From Phoronis australis (lineage: Eukaryota > Animalia > Phoronida), in assembly GCA_002633005.1 (NCBI GenBank), contig NMRA01000022.1, forward strand, positions 1,108,518 to 1,172,517: a DNA stretch of 64,000 nt, read 5' to 3'. The position numbers and the translations under genes were made by a program. Positions 53,401-63,340 of the stretch are shown here, in pieces. Positions within the stretch are counted from its first letter, which is position 1. Each line of letters starts with the position of its first letter. The notes below the pieces were generated by a model, which did no database searches, was not told where the DNA came from, and saw only the letters and a program-made list of their open reading frames with translations.

Positions 53401-56400
53401 CACCCTAACTAAAATGTTGTCATTTCTTGAGCAATACGACTCTTAATTTTAAAACAAACTTAAAAGGAACGAAAATTCTTTTTAAAATGAGATAAAGTTT
53501 TACATTCAGATCTTTTGTTGTCAGCAAATTCAAAAACGTTGAAAGTCATTGAACGATTTCTTAAGATATCGTGTTCCAAAGTTCGGAAAAAATTTTGTGC
53601 CAACAGTCGATAGCACCATTTTATTCTCTTCTTTATTGTATATGTACATGTACGTCCCAAACTACGCTTTACGTTAGTATCAGTTGCTGCAGTGTATTCA
53701 AGTTCCCTTCTTCAGTTTGTATTTTTAAAACAACGTTCAACTGATGAAAGTGTATTTATTAATCTATTTTAATGCTAAGACTTGAGGCATGTTTTCGAAA
53801 GCCGATCATATAAACACAGGTCACCTTCGAGTGAGACAATGAACAACGTTGGGTTTCAAGCCAAATAAAATGCCGGGAACTACACACAAATATTTGGAGA
53901 TAGTTGTGTGGCAAAAATCTGAATTTGGGCAAGATATGTGCAATTTCGATGAAGTGTAGTTGAACTCACGGCGGGATTTTTAATTCAGTTGATCCTCCGT
54001 TCGGTAAGCGAGCTTCAGTTTCGGGCCTTCGGAACGGAATTTGGCTACGACTGGAAGGAGTAATCGAGTCTGACGGTGTAGGTGTACACACGAGCTTCAT
54101 CTTGCATTCTGACACATATCTTCCCCTAAAGTCTGACTTTTACGCGGCACAACAATGAACGAAATTGTTCAGAACTTTTAAAAGACAGTATAAACTGATG
54201 ATTTGCTCGGCAGAGTGTGGGATGACAAACAATACGGCCTTGCCGGCATTTTCGGAAAATTCAGACGTGATTTGATTTGTCAGGGTTATTGACTCATACT
54301 GTAATCACTAAACTGTGGATATTGGTGGAAGTCTTTCGAAAAGGACCTCTTTTCGCTAGAAATAGGTTACACGTAACATTAACTTGTCGAAACAAGACTG
54401 TGTGTTTTGAGCACTAAATTTTAACAGCTCTTTTGCTACTACCAGCAATTCATAAACTAGGCCATTCACTAGATGACGCCACATGCTGCATGACATCATC
54501 TCCTACTTTTGACTAATCAGCGCATTGAAACATCGCTTGTTCTGTAATACGCTTTAAATAGAAATTATAAAAGTTTCGATTAACTTCACGACGATAATTG
54601 ATTCTAAATTGCCTGTTATTAAAGTGATACACAAGGAAAAAAACAAAGCCATTGAATAGTTTTTTTATCTAATGAGCTCGTTGTTTTATTCAACATTATC
54701 AGTATCTAATGTATCTGACTCTGGGAGCAACTTCGATTTCATATTAGCAATATCATAGTGGACCATCGTTGTCATCTTTCATGACTTGTAGGATTAACAG
54801 TCATGCATTTATCGTCCATAAATTTAGTAGAACTGGCAAGAAAAAGGGAAATGCTCATCAACTGCCTCTTCTCTAGACATGTCGATGGCATTCACAATAA
54901 AATATAAAACACTAAATCATACGGTTTATCCTACAGCTTTTGTATAGTTTATGATATGCCTGTCGTGATTTGCAGTCCAATCTATTGTCCTACTCGGAAC
55001 GCACAACAGTATGAGAAAAGTAACTCTGTAATGCATACTGTTGAAATACAATATACACCTGTGGCTTTCTTAAAACGAACTGGTTAAAATTTTTAAAATG
55101 TTTTTGTCCATATTTAGTCAAACAATACAAATAATTTACCCTGTCGAAAAATGACACAATCCTGAAATATGAAAAACATCGCTAATTTTAACCCCCCCCC
55201 CAGACAACGATGAAAATATTAGTAATCGAATTCTTACAACCCTGTAATCGAATTCTTACAACCCTGCTATCTACATGTATTGCTTATATCGGCAACTAAT
55301 CTTCAGTGGACGCATGTCTGGCTCTAATGTCTAATTTCACCATTTTTCGATTTTCTACGAGGTTTGCTGAATTGCAACGGCCGAAATACATCAAACTTTT
55401 AACCCTACTGTAGACAACAACTAATTTCGTGGTATCTTACCGAAAATTTTACAGCTTTACAAAAAGTTGTTTCTGCTGCTTATGAGCTGTATCGCCAGCA
55501 GTGTGTATACATTCACAACAGGAGCGTCGTGTATTCTAAAGGGAGTCATTTTGGACTTTTTCGCGCATGCACAAGTTTGAATTTTGATATTACTGGGAAT
55601 GCATACATGTACTTTCTCAATTCTCAAGACGTACTGGGAAATCCCCATTCCAAGTTGAATTTGGCTCCCGCGAGACAAACGCTTAGGGCATCTCTGAAAA
55701 CTGGGCAGTAGATTTCATCTCCCTTCTAGTATGAAGTCATTTCAGCCACGGTAAATATTGTAAAATCAATTATGGCTGAAGTCGACAAATATTAGGTCTA
55801 GCCTTCCTTTTACTAAGACCTTAGTGCATGTACCAAAACTGAAAATAGCTTGAGGCTGGGTACTCCATACATGTACATGTACAAGAGAAACCATTCACGT
55901 GGACAATAACGTCAGCGATCCAAGTATTTCGCATACCACAATTTTCTGAAAAGGAAACTACATTTTGGAAGGTTTACGGAACCCGAATAATAATAATAAT
56001 CGATGAGAAGGCCAATTGAAGACCAAAGCAAATCAAAAATGTACACATCCCAAATTATCACTTGATGCAAGGGGGTAGTTTCCTTCTTCGGCTTTTAAAT
56101 GAATATGCGACTCGGGCTTATCTGGAGATATTTTCACTCGATCTTATCTAAACACTATCCCTGACAACACGACGATATTTAATGAAACTTCCTGCATTTT
56201 GAAGATCAAAATCAACATAAGCATATGCTGCGCAAACATATTTAATGTAAATAAGAAAAACTTGGCATCTCAAAGTAACAGGTGTTAATTCTACGGTTGT
56301 CAATCGGTATTCATTCATACTGCAAGGACAGGCAGATGCAGGGACCACTGATATACAGCTGTACATGTACAGTATAACAAAAGCCTTGTCTGGCTTACAG

Positions 56401-59400
56401 TCTCAAACATGTAGTACCAGGTTTCGCCTCTGTTCATGTCTAACGTCCCCTTAATGAAAATCTAGGTACATGAATATGAGGAAAGTCATGGTATTATAGC
56501 TTTTTACTCCAAAATCGGCACTCTCAAGTTACTTAGTCATCCGCAGTTTTAGTGAGATGAATTTCAATAATCAAAAATACGTTTTATCCGAATCCCTGTC
56601 ATTGTGGATTACGCCTGCTAGTTATAATGGCTTTAATAGAGTCCACGTGGATGTGCCCCCCTACCCTACCCCTGCCACCCAAATCCTCTCTCTCTCTCAT
56701 GCTCCCTCGCTTCATCTCACTTCACTCTGCTCTCCATTTCCGAAAAATCAGGTCCCACACCTGATCGGGACGAGTGCCAAAACACAAAACAAACCTGGCG
56801 AAAGTAGTCCCTCTTCGAGCAACGCTTGCCACACGCCTATAGCCTGTAGGCGCGTGTGTACAATGTTATCATACTGCAGTGCCCAGTGGACGAGCTCACT
56901 CCCGGCTACACAATTTTCGAATGTCCTTAAGCAGAGTTTATGGTTGCGAATCAGTGTTGTCCGTCCACAGAGGTATGTGCATATAACGAGGGCCGCTCTT
57001 TTTCTTCGGGCAGAAGCAACCTGAAATTTTAAAATATCACATGACTTTTTGACAGAGCGTTCTGGCACAATGTGTTTCCGAGAATATCATGACTTACATG
57101 TTTAAGTTGCGTTTGCAAATTAAAGCCCCAATCACCCCCATCACTTGCAGAAGGTACATTACTAATATCTTCGTGTTTCCAATGCACTAAACCTAATATA
57201 TGGTGGATACACTTACAGGCGCGCTATTTTGTACATGCAATATAACTGTAATATACCTGTCACAGACAGGATCATTGGGGATATGCAGGTGCATTAATCC
57301 CCTCCACAGACCATCCCCGTGAAAGCAAAAGGCGGAGAACTCCAGGGCTGACGTTGCCTGCAAGCATCTGATTTGACAACACTCGGGCACGGATCTTCTT
57401 GTGACTTTTAGCAGCGTGGCCATAAATAATACCGGCTTCGAGCAGTCGGCTACCATCATTGAAATCAGCCAGTTGGGACGAAGACTGCTCGATGGTGCGT
57501 TTGTGGGCCAGAAGCTTAACATCAACCGAATATAAGTAGAGGGGTTGATTGGTGGCGCATGAGCCAGCGAGGTAATCTGCACGCTCATTAATCAAAACAC
57601 CGGCGTGGCCAGGTGCAAAAGACCAGATCACTACAAGTATATGACGAGGGTGGCGTAATCGGGTGACCCCCCAGTTGGCTGAGAGGTTTCCAGATTAAAC
57701 TTTCACCAACATGTACTTTCGACAGTTTAAATCCCTTCATCAATAGGCTAAGCTGTCGCCAGAGTTCTTTTGATGTTCTAAGAAACCGCGCTGGTGAAAG
57801 CACCTGCGCCTAGTCTAGTCTTGGTGTAACATGGCCCGTAAAATAATGTTATCATGATGTCGATTTTTCAGACTACCTAGCGATAAATTCCAACGACATT
57901 TCAAATCATTGAATAAAAGGTGCGTTTTGTATCGGAATGTCAACAGATATTAATGATCCAAACTGTCATTTTCATATGTAGCAATGAGATACATTCTTGG
58001 ACTCTTGAGTTTTGAACAAAGGCACAGATTAGCCCAGGGGAAAGCAATGTTCCGGGTGGCTGAAAACAGGAAACATCTCTTGTATGATCAGTTGGCTGTA
58101 ACCAAAGGCACCAGATTAAAGTGTGGCAAATCATGGTTGGCAGCAGCGGAAACCACACTAGAAAGAGTATGTGAGCTGGATCTGGTTCGCAGAGGAGAAG
58201 AGTTTATGAAGGTGGATGACAAAACAGCTGGCAGATTCACCATTACAATGGGCCGAGAGTGTCGTGACAGGGCGGCTTGTGCAGTTAACAGTGAAGTTCT
58301 TGAGCTGGTCTATGAAAATTGTAGAGAGGGAGATGCTGTGGTGGACACTGATGGAAGGGTTAAAAGAGGAGAAAAATATGCATGGGCCGGGTTATGTAGT
58401 CAATGTGGATGGCCAAAATAGTAGCGGAAAATGGTGAGGCATTTGAGCTCACGACATCTAGTATGAAGATGGAGGAGGTTGCTGCTGAAAAGGCATTTGC
58501 ATGGCTACAGGAAAGCTCTCATGCCTGTGCAGTTATTGTGACAGACTCTCAGAGCATGCTGAGAAAAATCGAACCCGAGTGGCTGCTGCATTTACATAAC
58601 AGTGGACTGGGAAAGCTGACTTGGATATTCCCCCCTGGGCATGCTGGGGTCGCCGGAAATGAGAAAGTTGACAAGTTAGCGGGAAATGCAACGATACAGG
58701 GCGCCCTCGAATTGGGAGAGAGTGAGATTCTCGGAGCGCTTAGAGAGATGGAGCTACTGGAGAATGGAGATGCAATTGACATAATGCAGCTGTTTGGATA
58801 TGAGAGAGGCTGTGGTGCTGATAGTCGGTCACATGGCCGGGCAAGACGAATGTGTAATCAGCAGTTGGTTGGAGTGGTTAGTCAAAGGACCTTGCCTGAC
58901 TTGATGACGTGGAAAGCCGAGCATCTATGGGTCTGCCCCGAGTGTGACGACGCTGGTTCTGCACCCAACTAATACTAATTTTAGAATACACTTGGAGATA
59001 ATAAAATATCTAAAAAATTGCGCCACACGTACTGTAGCAATTGCTTCGCGTTACATGCCATGCTTATTTTTTACATGGTGTTTAATTCTGGGAGCTATAG
59101 CCCCCCCCAGTTTTTTCAGTGCTTCACCACCTGTGGACATGAGCGGCTCAACATATAGGGGCAGGGGGTCTACAGCCCCCACTTATTTCAGTGCTGTACC
59201 ACTCATCGTCTGTCCAGTTTATTTTTACAACTATTGTACCTGGGGCTAACATAATAATAATAATGACAATGGCAATGGCAATGGCAATGGCAATGACAAT
59301 GACAATGACAATAATAATGATAATGATAATAATAAATATTAATAAACTTTATTTATAGAGGATAAAATACAATATATAAGTATATAAAAACATGCTTTAG

Positions 59401-62400
59401 CTAAACAGCATGGTCCTCTACAGCAAAAAACTAAATTAAATAAGATTAAAATGAGTAACATTAAATTAAAAACAGTATTTTACAAATTGAATACACAGAC
59501 TGGAATTAAAAATAAATAAATTATTTAAATAAGTAAATTAAAATAATAAATTAAATTAAAATTAAACTAAATCTAAATTAAAACTTTAAAACTTTATACG
59601 GGATATACATTGAAGTGACGAAAAGTAGGGACAACTATGATGACCACAGGTAACTGATGAATTTGAGTGTGAAGTCATCATAACCGTCAGCCTCTTTTAG
59701 ACTCTTTTGCAAGTCGTTCCACTGTTGAATGGCCTGAATAAAAAGGACTGAGAGCAAAAAGAATTTCTGTGTTTAGGTGCAACAAAATTGTTTGAGGTAG
59801 AAAATCTTGTCCTGATTTGTTGGCTATTTTGAACAAGTACTAGACAACGACATATATAAAACCGAAGTATTCTAAATCGTGTTGGAAATGTATACACGGC
59901 CTCGCGCCCACCCGGGGCACCTCGAGTGTTTCCGTAGCGTCAATTTTCGAATTTACGAAAAATTCCCCAGGTGTTCCAAATATCTCCTGCTGTCAGAGAG
60001 TTCTTCAGTCGACGGCGTACATGTAAGGTCATGCTAATCGCGTGTCTAAAACGTATACAAATCACCCATTCAATCTGCTCCGAGGCCGCCCTATGCGCTA
60101 TAAGTGCAATGCAACATGAATTTCTGCACAGATTTCCGCGGTCGAGTATTGGTCGAGAGATAATTAAATACGGTTTCGTATTGGGCGGGAGCAGTAGCGC
60201 GGTAAAAGCCATTTTTTTCGTTTCTTATTGCATGGATTTGTCATTTACATTGACGTCTACATCTGCTAGTGTACACGCAAGATCCAGATACCCGTTCACT
60301 GTTATGTACAACGCCCGGAGATAATCATTCATACCGACGTACTTAAAGACTTAATCGAGCGTGACTAGCAGGTCATATATAATAAACAATTCTACCTATA
60401 AAGGTGTAAAACGATTTTTCCAAGAACTAATGATTCCAGATATATTGTATGTAGAACACAAAAAGTATCCGAAATCGGCGATTGAATCGCAAAAATTGTT
60501 TACTATAACAGGGTTTACGCACGTCAAAATTAAATTGACTTTAGCGGCTTAACTGAGAAGGAAAGTAGTCCGTGTCCAATATTTTCCATCCAATTACATT
60601 TGTGTTACAAGTAACACAAAAGGTGTACAATGGGCAATAAAATGTAGATTTCTCTTAAAATAAGGCGTAATTGGGGATAATAGCGCTTGAAATTCATTTA
60701 TGCGACCAGTTCGTTAATGCTGCGGTGTTGTTTAAACACAAAACGTTCAGATTGTTCATGGTCGACAAAATTAACTACACGTGACTATCCGAAATTTGCT
60801 GAGAATGGAACATTTGCAACCTTTTGACAATCCACTATATGACTTTCGAAAAGGGTTGCTTTTAACAGACCTTGTTCTCCCGTCCACTTGCATAGGAAAA
60901 GCATTTAGACAATAGACGAAATCGTTGACACATGTATTCTCCGTTTTGGATGTCACCGACATGATTGACCCACGGACATTCGCAGTTTGTTTAGCGTATA
61001 AATATGCGACATATGTTTCTATGAAATTTCACCCGAAAAGCGGTGAAAAGACCGCCATTAGGCTAATGCACCACACTGATATTGCAAGAAAAGCTGCAGT
61101 TAACCCTCCGATTCAATCTCTCGAACTGCAGCGACGGCATGCAGCTGCTGTTAGCTGGTCGCATGAAACTGGCCTCTAACCAAAAATGCAAACTAATGGC
61201 ATTTCTGATTTAGTAGATGTATCGCACAGTGATAATGCAGACGAAAAAAGGTTAAAGGCAACCAGTAAGTCTCAGTATGTGGGAATATTTCATCATCCAC
61301 CTATCAGATTAACCCATAAAGGAACACAGAGATAGCACTATTAACATCGGTCCATGCAGATACATTAGGAGGCTGCTCATCAGAAATAGGTCTTTTCAAT
61401 GCACTACAATAGAATGACATTATACAGTAGCTACATAAAAGTGAATGCTAACAGCTTAACAACAAAAATTAAAAAATGCGAAACCGTATTTCATTTAATG
61501 ATATTTAGAATTTAGTCTCACGCGACAAAATCCGAAAAACGTGTAACGCACTTAGAATGGATTGTACCGCCAAACGCATTTTTGACACGCAAATCGCAGC
61601 CACTGTAAAAGAAGCAAGTCATACATGTACTTGCATAAAAACACACGTGTACACGATGGAGAAATTTATAACTAAACAAAATCTACAAGTGCTACATTAA
61701 GGCCAATTTGTAAATGAAATCCTCCAGGACTTAGTAAGCCCTTTGGCGATTAGACGTGAAAACTTATAAATCATGGCAACTACATTGTAAATCAATAATA
61801 ATTACCGTCTTTTTGGTGATATTTTGTTTCAAAAGCCATGTTGCGATTGGATCAACATAGAAGTTATCTGTCGTATTCATTGAAAAAAAGGTTTTTCTTG
61901 GCTCAAATATACTCTTTCCGATTTATTTCTGTTTAAAACGTTATGAAACGGAAATTAATGCAAACTCAGTGGTTAAGTCGAAACTTAACCCCAACACAAC
62001 TCAAAACATTTTCAAACATAATTGAATTTGATATAATTTTTGCTGTAAGTTTACTTTTGATGTCCCGCAATCTAAAATGACAGCTGTAGTGATTGACAGC
62101 TGACAGGCTCATGCATTACATTACATGTGCATGTATGGGTACGCATTTAACTGTGGCCATATGACTGAGGATACCCCTGGAAACTCGTCCGCTTTAAAGA
62201 ACTTTAAAAGGTAACGGTAAAATAAGGCAAACACAAACAGGACTGAATGTAATGAAATGTTGATATTTTAACGGTATGTTTCGATCAACAAAAATCATCA
62301 TAGGCTCTAAACTGGTGAATGTAAAAGGTCTAGTGCGTAGCCTCAACTGACAGAATAACGCTGAGACACTTGTGCAGAAGCAAATATGCCAACAGTTGAA

Positions 62401-63340
62401 CTCATCATGCACAATGGGATTTTTGTTGTACCTGATAGTTTCAACTTAACTATCAAAATTCGGCAACATCGTTAGCAATGTCATTATCAGTATACACATA
62501 TGTCAAACATATCCTGTGAATCCATTTACACGATTGAATAAAGTTTCGAGAATTATTCACGCATTCAAAGGCATTAATGATTGTAAATTATTTTCACGTT
62601 TATCAATTTCGTGGTAATAAGAGTTGCCAATAGACTTAAATACAAGTCGGCATGTCTTTCACCACTCCTGTGTGCTCGTATGTTCCTGTGACCTGAATCA
62701 GTTAGCTTGACTGACGCGTCGAAACTGCCTTTGCACAAGTGGTCCACACACGTTTTAGGCGGATGTCCCATACTCATGTCATTTGCACATTCTTAACGTG
62801 CCTTGTTTGTCCAAGGGGAAGTACGTCGGTGTAGCCTATTGTTTTTTTAACTCTTCAGACAATTCTACTCGAAACCTTGATTTTAGTAAAGAGTTTTGAA
62901 TGAATAGCATACGGTTAAATTCGAATACCTAATCAGGTTTGCCTTTACACCAGTCGAGAGCAAGCTCTCACCTGTATGATTGGGGACGAAAAGCCGAGAT
63001 GGGACACGTCACTCGTGACGTCATCGTCGACCTCGGGTGTTTCGGGAAGACTGATGTTGTTATTCGTCGTATACTTGGTTGGTAGAACCGCACTACCCTT
63101 GGGCAAGCGGCCAGCGACTTGATCTGAAAGACAAAGGCAAGGTTCAATTGTGTTCGCCATTGCTTGTGAATAATGATCCATAGAAGAGGTTGTGCACTGT
63201 CGTTCTGAAGTCAGGTTGTGACGTGGGCTAACGCAATTCTCCACCGGCAATGAAGATCTACGCAACAACGTTGCCAGCTGAAAGGATCGAGCTTCAGGTG
63301 GCTCATTCACTGACGTATAGGTACATTCGTGACCGAAGAG
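24838..63340 (-). CDS. RAPGEF4: Epac / Rap guanine nucleotide exchange factor 4-like gene (span of 22 coding exons; DEP, cNMP-binding, REM, RA, CDC25 RasGEF domains; 5' end probably outside window)
   Basis: Exon translations carry Epac hallmarks in order: [127 protein letters not shown]. Splice phases match across all junctions. Invertebrate Epac is co-orthologous to RAPGEF3/4, so the symbol is approximate. Confidence 0.95.
25452..25506 (-). CDS. RAPGEF4: Epac penultimate exon ([19 protein letters not shown])
   Basis: tttcag| ... AG|GTAGGT; phases 1/2; ends ..YVR as in DVRSYVR. Confidence 0.85.
27118..27172 (-). CDS. RAPGEF4: Epac exon ([18 protein letters not shown])
   Basis: ttttag| ... 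G|GTGAGT; resembles RMIANTARTVRYYRS. Confidence 0.88.
27312..27376 (-). CDS. RAPGEF4: Epac exon, CDC25 helical hairpin ([22 protein letters not shown])
   Basis: tttcag| ... ATG|GTAAGT; DMTF.xGN..LVNFEKM motif. Confidence 0.96.
27817..27955 (-). CDS. RAPGEF4: Epac exon, CDC25 ([46 protein letters not shown]), GC donor
   Basis: gtttag| ... AAAG|GCGAGT; [10 protein letters not shown] motif. Confidence 0.95.
28445..28535 (-). CDS. RAPGEF4: Epac exon, CDC25 ([30 protein letters not shown])
   Basis: tttcag| ... GAG|GTAAGT; [10 protein letters not shown] motif. Confidence 0.96.
31554..31732 (-). CDS. RAPGEF4: Epac exon, CDC25 ([10 protein letters not shown]...WVMTEICL...[10 protein letters not shown])
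   Basis: ttacag| ... CA|GTAAGT; RasGEF SCR motif. Confidence 0.96.
32220..32345 (-). CDS. RAPGEF4: Epac exon, CDC25 start (VPLSEQ...[22 protein letters not shown])
   Basis: ctgcag| ... GAA|GTAGGT; resembles [22 protein letters not shown]. Confidence 0.94.
32592..32689 (-). CDS. RAPGEF4: Epac exon, RA C-terminus ([33 protein letters not shown])
   Basis: tttcag| ... CTT|GTAAGT; resembles VFTTLTINGRLF. Confidence 0.92.
33676..33836. mobile_element. Short CAGNGGCGGAT-family MITE
   Basis: CAGGAGCGATCTAGG ... CTTAAATCCGGCATTG; TSD GAGCG/GAGAG; internal similarity to 4210-4370 and 12631-12927. Confidence 0.65.
36341..37268. mobile_element. Fold-back element with long degenerate TIRs
   Basis: GGAAAGGGCAAA...AATTCAATTC repeats on the left mirrored by GAATTGAATT...TTTGCCCTTTCGG on the right. 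Confidence 0.6.
37385..37531 (-). CDS. RAPGEF4: Epac exon, RA domain ([16 protein letters not shown]...CEVKSSG)
   Basis: tttcag| ... G|GTTAGT; VYCxDHTYTT motif. Confidence 0.95.
37718..37851 (-). CDS. RAPGEF4: Epac exon, REM-RA linker ([11 protein letters not shown]...KAIKAHNE); alternative acceptor starts the exon at 37907
   Basis: attacag| (phase 2) or cctacag| (phase 0); A|GTACGT donor; ends ..IKAHNE like ..IRGSDE. Confidence 0.7.
38598..38695 (-). CDS. RAPGEF4: Epac exon, REM C-terminal helix ([32 protein letters not shown]); alternative donor ends the exon at 38636
   Basis: ttcttag| acceptor; AA|GTTAGT donor (phase 2) or CTG|GTAACG (phase 0); weak similarity to EFYVSVSDD...LEKIVKQI. 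Confidence 0.7.
38865..39021 (-). CDS. RAPGEF4: Epac exon, REM ([33 protein letters not shown]...NFMK)
   Basis: AC acceptor, AAG|GTACGT donor; NKRRVI..V..W motif. Confidence 0.92.
39022..39520 (-). other. U12-type (minor spliceosome) AT-AC intron, 499 bp
   Basis: 5'ss ATATCCTTTT (39520-39511); branch site TCCTTAAC (39037-39030); 3'ss TGTGTCAC| at 39022; splicing gives in-frame LMEH-FHSS, matching Epac LVAH-YHAQ. Confidence 0.93.
39159..39355. repeat. ~39-bp tandem repeat x5 inside the U12 intron
   Basis: Units start at 39159, 39198, 39234, 39273 and 39308; consensus CTTACAGTCGACACGCACAGTTAAGGGTAAGGAATAGTT. Confidence 0.85.
39521..39599 (-). CDS. RAPGEF4: Epac exon, REM ([27 protein letters not shown]), ending at U12 AT donor
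   Basis: ttacag| acceptor; ends GAGCA|ATATCCTTTT. Confidence 0.92.
39980..40137 (+). mobile_element. MITE-like family A, copy 3
   Basis: Starts CAGCCTCCCGTTCAGTAACGCTAGGACCTCGC, as copy 1 does. Confidence 0.78.
42195..42277 (-). CDS. RAPGEF4: Epac exon, REM start ([27 protein letters not shown])
   Basis: ggtaag| acceptor (AAG type), G|GTAAGG donor; resembles YTVMSGTPEKILEHFLE. Confidence 0.93.
42340..42684. mobile_element. Kolobok-like MITE (AGCWGCATT..GCTCTGTTTAG TIR); related left end at 41023
   Basis: AGCAGCATTTCGCTCTGTTTAG ... CTAAACAGAGCAAAATGCAGCT; the 41023 copy follows TTAA. Confidence 0.55.
42989..43107 (-). CDS. RAPGEF4: Epac exon, lid/VLVLE switch ([23 protein letters not shown]...SQYK)
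   Basis: cgtag| ... AA|GTGAGT; [12 protein letters not shown] and VLVLE motifs. Confidence 0.94.
43472..43550 (-). CDS. RAPGEF4: Epac exon, PBC end and hinge ([26 protein letters not shown])
   Basis: tattag| ... ACA|GTAAGT; not in the ORF track, read by hand. Confidence 0.96.
43920..44064 (-). CDS. RAPGEF4: Epac exon, CNBD beta-barrel and phosphate-binding cassette ([16 protein letters not shown]...[12 protein letters not shown])
   Basis: gatcag| ... AG|GTACAG; near-identical to Epac2 CNBD-B. Confidence 0.97.
44524..44669 (-). CDS. RAPGEF4: Epac exon, CNBD start ([42 protein letters not shown])
   Basis: tttcag| ... C|GTAAGA; [10 protein letters not shown] motif. Confidence 0.95.
46527..47140. 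repeat. Two diverged ~340-bp tandem units
   Basis: TTGGTTTC(T/C)GATTTACATG...AGAAGCTAATCTT..AAGAAA...ATTGGTGA...AATGACA.TAAAT recurs at ~46528 and ~46864. Confidence 0.65.
48470..48644 (-). CDS. RAPGEF4: Epac exon, DEP C-terminus/N-helical bundle ([10 protein letters not shown]...[16 protein letters not shown])
   Basis: tttcag| ... GA|GTAAGT; phases 1/2; resembles HFQDKYLFYRF...PDAHMRMILRK. Confidence 0.93.
49094..50149. mobile_element. Kolobok-like fold-back element with ~310-bp inverted arms
   Basis: TTAA|AGGGGAAGGCAACC...; arms ~49094-49400 and ~49845-50149 are reverse-complement similar throughout. Confidence 0.8.
49449..49605 (-). mobile_element. MITE-like family A, copy 4 (nested in a fold-back element)
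   Basis: Ends GGTCCTAGCGTTACTGAACGGGAGGCTG. Confidence 0.78.
50325..50440 (+). mobile_element. Very short LINE/SINE 3' end with (AAT)~16 tail
   Basis: GGACCATG...CATG...TCCTC...AATAAA followed by (AAT)n at 50391-50440; same layout as the 3' end at 59340-59420. Confidence 0.5.
56795..57020 (-). CDS. RAPGEF4: Epac exon, DEP domain ([14 protein letters not shown]...[10 protein letters not shown]...[14 protein letters not shown])
   Basis: tttcag| acceptor, CCAG|GTTTGT donor; resembles Epac DEP CCVGTELVDW...GMWQVLLEDG. Confidence 0.92.
57272..57640 (-). mobile_element. 5'-truncated non-LTR retrotransposon, RNase H C-terminal half
   Basis: [20 protein letters not shown] is an RNase H W.PGH.G..GNE.AD.LA motif. 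Confidence 0.8.
57984..58980 (+). mobile_element. 5'-truncated RNase H-bearing LINE (I-group/Ingi-like), frameshifted near 58400
   Basis: VVDTDG...[11 protein letters not shown]...IVTDSQSML...[20 protein letters not shown], then WVCPEC near the stop, followed by an (ACTAAT)2 tail. Confidence 0.85.
59251..59885 (-). mobile_element. L2/CR1-type LINE 3' end with microsatellite tail
   Basis: [23 protein letters not shown] / [12 protein letters not shown]...FISYLWSS*; AT-rich 3'UTR, AATAAA and (ATT/ATTGTC/ATTGCC)n tail at 59251-59340. Confidence 0.75.
62972..63340 (-). CDS. RAPGEF4: Epac putative N-terminal exon (123 aa, Ser/Thr-rich, LFGHECTY...SSPIIQ)
   Basis: Open frame; pyrimidine-rich acceptor ...tgctgatcag| and donor CAG|GTGAGA; phase 0 matches the DEP exon acceptor. 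No recognisable homology, so the assignment is inferred. Confidence 0.6.

Noticed and set aside
56557-57024. 155-aa plus-strand ORF
   Set aside because: Antisense shadow of the DEP exon, with no recognisable domain.
59940-60420. Upstream continuation of the L2/CR1 RT ([11 protein letters not shown])
   Set aside because: Similarity too weak to support by eye; needs blastx.
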